Assembly (NCBI GenBank): GCA_013426185.1
Contig: CP058602.1
Coordinates: 10,231-74,230, forward strand
Length of the DNA stretch: 64,000 nt
Source: Candidatus Woesebacteria bacterium
GTDB taxonomy: Bacteria > Patescibacteriota > Microgenomatia > UBA8517
Direction of reading: 5' to 3'
Below the pieces are notes generated by a model. The model was not told the origin of the DNA, ran no database searches, and worked only from the letters and a program-made list of their open reading frames with translations. The position numbers were made by a program, and so were the translations under genes. Of the stretch, positions 37,897 to 45,687 are shown in pieces; the first letter of the stretch is position 1; each line of letters begins with the position of its first letter.

Positions 37897-39150
37897 ATGA
37901 AGGTTGCTTTTATTGCTACGAGAATTTCAGGTCTCGATGGTGTTAGTCTTGAGATTGACAATTGGGGCAAAGTATTCTCGAGGATGGATCATAAAACTCT
38001 TTTTGTGGCAGGCCAACTTGATAGGGAGGGTGTTCTTCTTCCTGAACTTCACTTTCAAAACCCCGAAGTAGCAAAGCTTTACAGATGGATAGTTGAGTCA
38101 AAGAGAAGTTTTGAGAAAGTTGAGGTTAAGGTTTTTGAGATGGCAGGAAGGATAGAAGGCCTTTTGCGTCGCTCGCTTGGAAATGGCGTTTTACCTGATC
38201 TTTTGGTGGTTTCTAATGTTTTTTCCTTGCCGATGCATTTTCCGTTTGCGGTTGGTTTGGCTAGATTCATTGAGGAATATAAAATTCCAACTATTGCCCG
38301 TCATCATGATTTTTGGTGGGAGAGAGAGCGTTTTTTGAACTCGAAATGCTTTAATTTTTTCAAGCGGTGGTTTCCACCAGACTTACCATATGTTAAACAT
38401 GTAACTATTAACTCCATTGCCCAACGCGAACTTTTTGAAAGAACAGGTATAAAATCTGAACTTGTCTGGGACTCATTTGACTTCTCTTCTGATATTAAAC
38501 TTGATAAATATGCTTCGCATTTTAGAGACGATTTTGGTATAAATCCTGGTGATATCGTCTTCCTACAGGCAACAAGAATTGTCCCCAGAAAGAGGTTGGA
38601 GATTGCTATTGAGCTTGTCAGAAGGTTAAACAATCCTCGAATTGTTCTTGTCTTTGCAGGGCATGCTGGGGATGAAGGCTATCTTTACTTAAAAAAGGTT
38701 AAACAATTGGCTTACAAAGCTCCTATAAGGTGCAAGTTTATAGGCAGGTTTGTGAATTCAAGGAGGAGGGTTGTTGACCTTAAAACCAACAATCATTCCA
38801 AAAGGAGGAGAGTATACACTCTTTGGGATTGTTATCTGAATTCTGATTTTGTTGTTTATCCAACAGAGAAGGAAGGTTTTGGTAATCAGTTTGTTGAATC
38901 TGTTTTCTTTAAGAAACCTCTGATACTTACACCCTATCCTGTATACAAGAAAGACATAAAACCTTTGGGTTTTAAGGCTATAGAAATAGATGACAAACTA
39001 AAAGCAGATTCGGTAAAGAAGGTTGAAGATCTTCTCAACAACAAATACGAGGTTGAGAGGATTGTGTCTGAGAATTTTAAATTGGGTAAAAAGTATCTTT
39101 CTTACGATTGGGTAGAGTCGAAAATCCGCAAAATCCTAAAGGATATCTAA
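37897..39150 (+). CDS. GT-B fold glycosyltransferase (family 4-like)
   Basis: 'FVVYPTEKEGFGNQFVES' E-x7-E motif region. Start moved to the ATG at 37897 (MKVAFIATRISG). Confidence 0.6.
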   Translation: MKVAFIATRISGLDGVSLEIDNWGKVFSRMDHKTLFVAGQLDREGVLLPELHFQNPEVAKLYRWIVESKRSFEKVEVKVFEMAGRIEGLLRRSLGNGVLPDLLVVSNVFSLPMHFPFAVGLARFIEEYKIPTIARHHDFWWERERFLNSKCFNFFKRWFPPDLPYVKHVTINSIAQRELFERTGIKSELVWDSFDFSSDIKLDKYASHFRDDFGINPGDIVFLQATRIVPRKRLEIAIELVRRLNNPRIVLVFAGHAGDEGYLYLKKVKQLAYKAPIRCKFIGRFVNSRRRVVDLKTNNHSKRRRVYTLWDCYLNSDFVVYPTEKEGFGNQFVESVFFKKPLILTPYPVYKKDIKPLGFKAIEIDDKLKADSVKKVEDLLNNKYEVERIVSENFKLGKKYLSYDWVESKIRKILKDI

Positions 39151-39321
39151 AATATTTTTTTCCTAATTGCCAGCGTGTTTTTGGAAGATGAAAATGTTAT
39201 AGACGAGTTAGCCCGAAGGCTGTTTTTGTTTAAATCTCCTGTTGACAAACAATATTTTATATGATTTTATTATCACCATAAGCTTAATTTTTTATTTTAG
39301 TAAAGGCGATAAAAAACCAAA

Positions 39322-40308
39322 ATGTTTAATAGCTTGAGGAAATTGTCATTCAGCTTGCTAGGTCTGGGGAAAGCTTTCTTTTTATTCTCCTTTGTCGTTC
39401 TGGTTGTTTTTTTGATTCGTAATCTTGCCGAGGTTCATAAAAGTAGTCTTATGACAAATCTTCCGTCGAAACCCGCGGCGGGTCAGGTTCTTCAGGCACG
39501 TATATCTCCCATAATTGTTGATCATACTTCTGTTGATTTGTTCGAACAGATACCTGATGAATATATAACTGCAGCTAGAGAATTGAAACAAATGTTTATC
39601 GATCAATCGGTGGGAGCAAATATTAGCGAGGGGCTTACCTGTCTGAGTTATCCTTCTGTAAGTCAAGCTCCTTCTGCCTGCAAGCGCCCTAATGCTACAA
39701 CTTCAGGTCTAGTTGCAGATTCTAAGTATTCCAGAGACAACTGGGATTATTTTCATTGGGATTCGCTTAATCTATCTAATGACTATGCGGACTGGCCCGG
39801 GGTGGGCTACGCTTTTATAGAAGCTGTAACGCCGAGACTATCTCAATATCAGGTTTTTTCTTATCAGTATAGTTACCTTCATATGGGTGATCAGGATGGT
39901 ATTCATCTTATTCCGGGAGGCTTTTTTTCTGATAACCCACCCGATAGTCGTCATCCCAAGGCTGATATCTATGATATGGAGCAGTTCTTTTCTCAGCATC
40001 CAGACAAGATCTTTATCTTGTGGACATCCAGTCTGGCGAGAATAATAGGATCGCGTGCTTCTTATGAGTTCAACAATCAGATGCGGGAGTATGCTCGTTC
40101 TAATAACAAGATTCTTTTTGATGTTGCCGATATCGAGTCTCACGCTCCTGATGGCCGTGAATGTACATACAATGGTTATCCTGCAATTTGCCCTGAGTAT
40201 ACTTCTGAGCAATCTGGGGGGGCATTTGGGCAGTATGTCTACAGGGAAGATAAGGATTGCCAAGGCCATGTGGGTATTGATGGCGCAAATCGCCGGCTGG
40301 GTCCCTGA
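39322..40308 (+). CDS. Secreted/anchored protein, N-terminal domain. Reading frame ends 90 nt after a G7 homopolymer
   Basis: N-terminal TM/signal. Frame-1 ORF stops at 40308 while a frame-2 ORF (40055-40750) stays open across the junction. Confidence 0.5.
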   Translation: MFNSLRKLSFSLLGLGKAFFLFSFVVLVVFLIRNLAEVHKSSLMTNLPSKPAAGQVLQARISPIIVDHTSVDLFEQIPDEYITAARELKQMFIDQSVGANISEGLTCLSYPSVSQAPSACKRPNATTSGLVADSKYSRDNWDYFHWDSLNLSNDYADWPGVGYAFIEAVTPRLSQYQVFSYQYSYLHMGDQDGIHLIPGGFFSDNPPDSRHPKADIYDMEQFFSQHPDKIFILWTSSLARIIGSRASYEFNNQMREYARSNNKILFDVADIESHAPDGRECTYNGYPAICPEYTSEQSGGAFGQYVYREDKDCQGHVGIDGANRRLGP

Positions 40309-40750
40309 TGGTAGCGGTAGTGGAAATTCGAACCCGACACCTCAGCCGTCCGAACCTACTCCGGCTGCTACTGTTGCACCAACTCTCGCCCCTAGTCCGA
40401 CTCCTGGTAACGTGGTTGGTTACATACATGTGGGAGATATCGATCCTTCGGTGAAGTATGTAACTGGTGGATGGCAGGGCAGATTTGTTGTCTACGTGCA
40501 CAATGATTCCCATCTGCCAGTTAGTGGGGTGACAGTATCTGGTAGTTTCTACGGTGCTTGGAATGGATCTAGAACATGTGTTACCAATAAGTCAGGTTGG
40601 TGTGCTCTAACCTCTGACAGGATAAGCGATAGTACCACTGTGGGAATGTCTATAACTAACTTGAGTCTCGATGGATATCAATATGACTTTTCTTCAAATC
40701 ATGATCCTGATGGTGATTCCAACGGGTTTAACGCCTCAGTTTCTAATTGA
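40280..40750 (+). CDS. C-terminal continuation (PT/GS linker plus beta-rich domain), probably the same gene out of frame
   Basis: Begins 'GSGSGNSNPTPQPSEPTPAAT', which is linker-like, not a protein N-terminus. Confidence 0.35.
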   Translation: MAQIAGWVPDGSGSGNSNPTPQPSEPTPAATVAPTLAPSPTPGNVVGYIHVGDIDPSVKYVTGGWQGRFVVYVHNDSHLPVSGVTVSGSFYGAWNGSRTCVTNKSGWCALTSDRISDSTTVGMSITNLSLDGYQYDFSSNHDPDGDSNGFNASVSN

Positions 40751-40885
40751 ATTTACTCGTCTCGGTTGATTTTTTCTGGTTGGGGGTATAGAAAAGTGTT
40801 AGTCCGAGAATAGCCAAGGGGTTATATGGCTGTAGGTTAAAATCCTGTTATTTTGTGAATGCGAGCAGGTGACAAAACATCTGTG

Positions 40886-41060
40886 GGAGCCTGGATCGGG
40901 AATCGCCCCAGAACCAAAGCAAAGCTTGGTTCAGGGCGCCCTGAAGTGAAATGTGTTCTACTTTACGGGCGAACCCGAGACCTCATTCTTTAGACGCCAG
41001 TCGCCGTAAGGCAAGAATGCGCCCTCTTGCGAATGCAAGCAGAAGAAGAGTGTGTAATCT
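40886..41060 (-). pseudogene. Degenerate tRNA-Thr-like fragments: a partial copy with a 22-nt insertion in the anticodon loop and a duplicated 3'-terminal 19-mer (gagcctggatcgggaatcg)
   Basis: Aligned by eye to the intact tRNA-Thr(GGT) at 41062-41134. The 19-mer at 40886-40904 repeats 41061-41079. The palindrome ttcagggcgccctgaa sits at 40930-40946. Confidence 0.4.
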
Positions 41061-41061
41061 G

Positions 41062-41134
41062 AGCCTGGATCGGGAATCGAACCCGAGACCTCATTCTTAC
41101 CAAGAATGCGCTCTGCCGACTGAGCTATCCAGGC
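41062..41134 (-). tRNA. tRNA-Thr (anticodon GGT)
   Basis: Manual cloverleaf: GCCTGGA acceptor, GCTC/GAGC D-stem, anticodon loop TTGGTAA, T-arm TCGGG-TTCGATT-CCCGA. Confidence 0.85.
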
Positions 41135-41162
41135 ACTTTTCAAAAATTATAACAGACAGCCT

Positions 41163-42209
41163 TTAGATTATAAAGCAGGCGTCTCCAAAAGAATAAAAGC
41201 GATAACCTCTTTTTATTGCTTCTTGGTAAGCTTTGCCAATTAAGCTAGAACTAAAATCTTTAAATTTTTCTTTGGTTTGTGGGTAGCTGACAAATGCTGA
41301 AACCAAGGCAAGAAGAGTTGAGTGGGGAAGGTGAAAATTTGTTATCAAAGCATCTGTCATCTTAAATTTGAAGGGTGGATAAATAAAAAGGTTTGTCTTG
41401 CCTGAAATTTCGGGACAGGCTTCGTCCAGGCTTTCAATGGCGCGCGTCATGGTGGTGCCGACTGCGATTATTCTTTTGCCGTCCTTTTTTGCCTCAAAAA
41501 GCCTTTCTGCTACTTCTTTTTTAATCTCAAAATATTCAGAATGGATTTTATGGTCTTCTAGGTTTTCGCTTTTAATAGGAGCAAAAGTTCCCAGCCCAAC
41601 ATGAAGAGTCACGAATTCTATCTTTACTCCGTTATTTTTAAGCTTTCTAATTAATCTTTTGGTAAAGTGAAATCCTGCCGTTGGGGCTGCGACCGAACCT
41701 GTTTTTTGAGCATAGACCGTCTGATATTGTTTCCTTAAAAGAGATTCTTTTTGGTTCGTTTTAATATAAGGGGGTAGGGGAGTTTTGCCAAATTTTTGAA
41801 GAAGGTAAAAGAGCTCATCTTTTTTGAGTTTGGTTTTGATTAGAGTTTGATTACTATCTTGATTGAGGCAAGTGAATTCTTGGTCTTTAAAAAATATTTT
41901 ATGACCTTTTTTAAGTCCAGGTTTTGTTAAAACTTGCCATATTTTCGGTCTTATTTCTTCAAGAAACAAGACCTCGATTTTTCCGCCTGTTTCCTTTCTA
42001 GCAATAATTCTTGCGGGGAAGACTTTTGTCTTATTGAAAACTAGAATATCGTTTTCTCCCATAAAATTGGCGATATCGCTAAATTTATGATGGCTTATGG
42101 TTTTAGTTTTCCTATTGATTACAAGAAGTCTTGAGGCATCACGAGGTGAGGCTGGTTTTTGGGCAATTAGCGCTTTTGGGAGATTATAGTCGAAAAGAGA
42201 AGATTTCAT
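41163..42209 (-). CDS. queA: S-adenosylmethionine:tRNA ribosyltransferase-isomerase
   Basis: 'MKSSLFDYNLPKALIAQKPASPRDASRLLV' QueA N-terminus; length and conserved blocks consistent. Confidence 0.9.
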   Translation of the reverse strand: MKSSLFDYNLPKALIAQKPASPRDASRLLVINRKTKTISHHKFSDIANFMGENDILVFNKTKVFPARIIARKETGGKIEVLFLEEIRPKIWQVLTKPGLKKGHKIFFKDQEFTCLNQDSNQTLIKTKLKKDELFYLLQKFGKTPLPPYIKTNQKESLLRKQYQTVYAQKTGSVAAPTAGFHFTKRLIRKLKNNGVKIEFVTLHVGLGTFAPIKSENLEDHKIHSEYFEIKKEVAERLFEAKKDGKRIIAVGTTMTRAIESLDEACPEISGKTNLFIYPPFKFKMTDALITNFHLPHSTLLALVSAFVSYPQTKEKFKDFSSSLIGKAYQEAIKRGYRFYSFGDACFII

Positions 42210-42230
42210 AGTACAAATTACAATATACAA

Positions 42231-42610
42231 ATTCCAAGCTCCAAATTACAATATACAAACAATATACAAATTCTAAATTCTAATTTCTAATTTCTAAATC
42301 CTAAACAAATCGCAAATCACAAATTAACTTAAAACTTAAAAGTCAAAAGTCAAAACTTGACAATTAGATTATAGAATCTAGATTAGAGATTATAGAATTA
42401 AATCACAAATTACAATATACAAATTACAAATTCTAATTTCTAAATCCTAAATTCTAAACAATTTTACAATCATCGAATTTTCCAATCACAAACAGATTAG
42501 GAATACTGAATTTAGTATTATGAATTATGTATTATGCAGGAAAATGCATTGTTCCCATAATACATAATACAAGATACTAGATACAATCTTTTGCTTTCTA
42601 CTTACTACGT
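42231..42610. repeat. Modular low-complexity repeat array, inverted orientation
   Basis: Reverse-complement modules in reverse order (caaattccaa, gattatag, cataatac, ctactttctac). Confidence 0.85.
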
Positions 42611-42632
42611 TCTACTTTCTACTGTTGTTAGT

Positions 42633-42725
42633 GCTGGGGCCAGGATTCGAACCTGGGTAGCCCGTTCGGGCGACAGTTTTATCCCGGTAGTAATTTCGCT
42701 TCGCTTAATACTACGGGACAGGCAG
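42633..42725 (-). ncRNA. Unresolved tRNA-like element with a canonical T-arm (CCAGG-TTCGAAT-CCTGG) and a long imperfect hairpin, but no complete cloverleaf
   Basis: T-arm and 3' acceptor-like CCCCAGC found, but no matching 5' acceptor strand within 100 nt. May be a tRNA pseudogene or other structured RNA. Confidence 0.25.
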
Positions 42726-42730
42726 ACTGG

Positions 42731-42815
42731 TGTCAGGTGAGGGATTCGAACCCCCGAAGCCCATCCGGGCGGCAGTTTTACAGACTGCTCCGATTGTCCA
42801 CTCCGGCAACCTGAC
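42731..42815 (-). tRNA. tRNA-Tyr (anticodon GTA), long variable arm
   Basis: GTCAGGT/ACCTGAC acceptor, anticodon loop CTGTAAA, 85 nt. Confidence 0.75.
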
Positions 42816-42898
42816 AAAATTGAGTGCGTTTGCCTGCCCCGAAGTCAACTTTGTTGTACTTTGGGGACCACTTGGCACCCCAGCATTTTATTTTTGTG

Positions 42899-42971
42899 AG
42901 CCGAGGGTGGGATTCGAACCCACGACTTGCTGTTTACAAAACAGCTACTCTGGCCACTGAGTTACCCCGGC
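42899..42971 (-). tRNA. tRNA-Thr (anticodon TGT)
   Basis: GCCGGGG acceptor, ACTC/GAGT D-stem, anticodon loop TTTGTAA, T-arm GTGGG-TTCGAAT-CCCAC. Confidence 0.85.
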
Positions 42972-43232
42972 TAATGGTAACAGAGAATATTATATCAGAA
43001 AGTGGTTTTTGATGGGAGAGTTTTCCAAAAGGTTGACCCCGCTTTCGGGTTTCCGGTTGAATTTTTCCCCGGATATAATCCAGGTGGGTGGGCTCATCTT
43101 AAACCCGCAGGTTTAAGAAATTTGCCCTCCCTTAAAGAAAGCTGGTGAGGAAAAAGCTTCCCCGGAACTTCCCTCTAAAGCAGGGTCATTTTTATTATAA
43201 CAGTAAAATCAAGTGTTTGGGAAGGGGCAATT

Positions 43233-43877
43233 TTAGATCAAATTGCCTTGTGGTAGAAGCAAATTAACAAGAAAATTAATGATTGGGCTCAAGAAAGCAT
43301 TCAAAGGTGAAACGCCGCGATAAGAAAGAAAAATAAGCATAAAGATGATAATTAGGCCGTACTGGTTTAAAAATTTGTCTGTTTCTTCCGCTTCTTTTGC
43401 GGGCAAAATTCCTACTAAGATTTTTCCTCCGTCAAGAGGGTGTATTGGAATAAGATTGAAAACTGCTAGTACTAAATTTATGACTATGATTAAGTAAAAA
43501 AGAGGCAGTAAAATAGCTAGTATTGAGAAAGGACCGCTAGCAAGTCTAACAACAAGGGCAAAGATAACGGCTGTTATAAAGTTGGCAACTGGTCCTGATA
43601 GAGATATTAAACCGGCATCTTTTCGCGGATTTTTAAGATTAAAGGGATCAAAGCCTACAGGTTTTGCCCAACCGAAAACAAAAGGCGAGCCAAATAAAAT
43701 GAGAAATAAGGGAACTATGATTGTTCCATAAAGATCTAAGTGTTTGAGTGGATTTAAGGTCATTCTGCCTTGAAGTCTTGCGGTTGGATCGCCAAGCCTG
43801 TTTGCCATCCAGGCATGAGCAGCCTCGTGGACACTGATCGCAATTAAGAAAGCAATGATCTTGTAAATAATTAGCAT
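43233..43877 (-). CDS. Site-2 protease family (M50-like) membrane zinc metalloprotease
   Basis: 'HEAAHAWMANRLGD' HExxH inside a TM segment; multiple TM helices. Confidence 0.7.
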   Translation of the reverse strand: MLIIYKIIAFLIAISVHEAAHAWMANRLGDPTARLQGRMTLNPLKHLDLYGTIIVPLFLILFGSPFVFGWAKPVGFDPFNLKNPRKDAGLISLSGPVANFITAVIFALVVRLASGPFSILAILLPLFYLIIVINLVLAVFNLIPIHPLDGGKILVGILPAKEAEETDKFLNQYGLIIIFMLIFLSYRGVSPLNAFLSPIINFLVNLLLPQGNLI

Positions 43878-43940
43878 TTTATTTTTTCAGTCTTTCTAGT
43901 ATAATACAATTTGTCTTGTTTTTCAGGTAGAATAAAAGAT

Positions 43941-44192
43941 ATGTCATACGTTTGCCAAATTTGCGGTAAAGGAAATGTGATGGGCCGTTCCCACACTCAC
44001 AAGCGAGGTGTGGCGGGAAAGAGGTGGAAAAAAAGGACCACCAAGACGCCAAGACTTTTTAAGGTCAACTTACAAAGGGTAACAGTTTTGGTTAACGGAG
44101 AAGAGAAGAAAATGCGTCTTTGCACAAAGTGCATTAAAAGGATTAAGAAGTATAAGTCGATTGGCGATTTTAGCGATATTTCTTTAGTTTAA
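43941..44192 (+). CDS. rpmB: 50S ribosomal protein L28
   Basis: 'MSYVCQICGKGNVMGRSHTHKRG...RLFKVNLQRV' L28 pattern. Start at the internal ATG at 43941. Confidence 0.75.
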   Translation: MSYVCQICGKGNVMGRSHTHKRGVAGKRWKKRTTKTPRLFKVNLQRVTVLVNGEEKKMRLCTKCIKRIKKYKSIGDFSDISLV

Positions 44193-45166
44193 CTCACAAG
44201 CGAGTTTTGAGGATATCCCACCTTAAATTGCTCCCAAGTTACTGGGTTTTTGCCTTCAAGCTGAACTTCATCTAGAACCAGATTTTTGTCTGACAAGTGG
44301 GAACTTATGATTTTCAATCTTTTAGTTTCGCCATTTTCTTGCAATTTAACCTCGGTCCAAGCGCATGGCCAAGGGTTCATAGCGCGAATGAAATTATTAA
44401 TATTTCTTGGACTAGCTTTGATCTCTTTATTTTTCATAAATTGAATTCTAAAATTACTCCCTTTAAAGGCCTGGCCTTTAAAGGTAGCCTGAAGGATGGC
44501 TGGGTCGATGAAAGCATAGTCTTTTTTTATCTCATAGCAAAATGTTGCTTTTTTATGATCTTGTTCTTTAAGATTAATTTTCCCTTCAAGGTAGGCAGGC
44601 AAAAGTTCAACCAATACTTGAGATGATCTTTCAAAGAGTCTTCTTCTTAAAGTTTCTGTGGTATCGTTTTCATCAATCTCCTCTTTAAACTGACAGACTA
44701 TCGGCCCATGGTCAAGAAGGCTGTCAAGTTTAATTATTGAGACTCCGGTTTCTTTTTTGCCAAGAGCAATTGCTGCCTGAACTGGTGATGCTCCTCTAAA
44801 TTTAGGCAAAAGCGAGGGATGGATGTTTAAGATTCCTTTTTTGAAGGAATCAATAACCCTTTGGGGAATTATCAAGCTAAATGAAGCTAAAATTGCCAAG
44901 TCGCTTTCAATGCCTGATTCAAGAAACTTATTCATATCATAAAAAACAGGAATTCTTTTCTGATAAGCCCATTTATCAACGGCTGAATAGGCAAGTTCTC
45001 CTTTTCTTCCTGCTGGTTTTGGAGCTTGGGTGATAACAGCGGCTATTATCTGGCTTCCGTCTTTAAATCTGAAATTTTTGTGTAAAGCCTCAAGGATAGG
45101 GACAACATAATCAGGTGTTCCAAAAAAGACTATCTTGGTGTTAATTATATTTCTACCTTTTCCCAT
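44189..45166 (-). CDS. fmt: Methionyl-tRNA formyltransferase
   Basis: 'IVFFGTPDYVVPILEAL' N-terminal formyltransferase fold plus C-terminal domain. Adjacent to def. Confidence 0.9.
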   Translation of the reverse strand: MGKGRNIINTKIVFFGTPDYVVPILEALHKNFRFKDGSQIIAAVITQAPKPAGRKGELAYSAVDKWAYQKRIPVFYDMNKFLESGIESDLAILASFSLIIPQRVIDSFKKGILNIHPSLLPKFRGASPVQAAIALGKKETGVSIIKLDSLLDHGPIVCQFKEEIDENDTTETLRRRLFERSSQVLVELLPAYLEGKINLKEQDHKKATFCYEIKKDYAFIDPAILQATFKGQAFKGSNFRIQFMKNKEIKASPRNINNFIRAMNPWPCAWTEVKLQENGETKRLKIISSHLSDKNLVLDEVQLEGKNPVTWEQFKVGYPQNSLVS

Positions 45167-45663
45167 TCTGATCCTTTCAATTCGTATAACGGTTGCTTTT
45201 GTTCTATCAAGTGGTCAATAAAAAGAACGCCATTCAAATGATCAATTTCGTGCTGGATAATATGAGCTTGAAAGCCTTTGAAAGTTTCTGTTTTTTCCTG
45301 GCCTTCAAGATCTTGATATTTGATAGTAATTTCACTTGGTCTTTTAACATGCCCGTAGTAATCTGGGATTGAAAGACACCCCTCAAGGATTGATTTTTTT
45401 GTTTTTTTCTTATTGTATTTGGTTTCAACCACCTTGGGGTTTGCAATTACTCTTATTTTTTTATCCTTATCAAGGAAGGCGAAAATAGCGAGGGATTTGC
45501 CAATTTGGCAGGCGGCAAGTCCGACTCCTTCAGGGTCTTTTTGGACGCGAAGAGTGTCGATCAAGTCTTCTGCCAATTGTTTGATTTTCTTATCAAACTT
45601 TTTGATTGGCTTTGCTTTTTTTCTTATCACAGGATCTTTTGAGAGGACTATTTTTCTTATCAT
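45145..45663 (-). CDS. def: Peptide deformylase
   Basis: 'GVGLAACQIG', 'EGCLSIPD', 'HEIDHLNG' motifs 1-3. Confidence 0.9.
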   Translation of the reverse strand: MIRKIVLSKDPVIRKKAKPIKKFDKKIKQLAEDLIDTLRVQKDPEGVGLAACQIGKSLAIFAFLDKDKKIRVIANPKVVETKYNKKKTKKSILEGCLSIPDYYGHVKRPSEITIKYQDLEGQEKTETFKGFQAHIIQHEIDHLNGVLFIDHLIEQKQPLYELKGSEWEKVEI

Positions 45664-45687
45664 ATTAATATTATATCAGAAAATCGG

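Noticed and set aside
40951-41166. ORFs of 71 and 61 aa across the tRNA-Thr region, and 42605-43012 across the tRNA cluster
   Set aside because: They cover tRNA genes and tRNA fragments. GC-rich tRNA sequence produces spurious open frames.
42633-42725. Calling this element a tmRNA
   Set aside because: A canonical tRNA-Tyr lies within 10 nt. No tag-peptide ORF or tmRNA 5' end was detectable. Kept only as an unresolved tRNA-like element.
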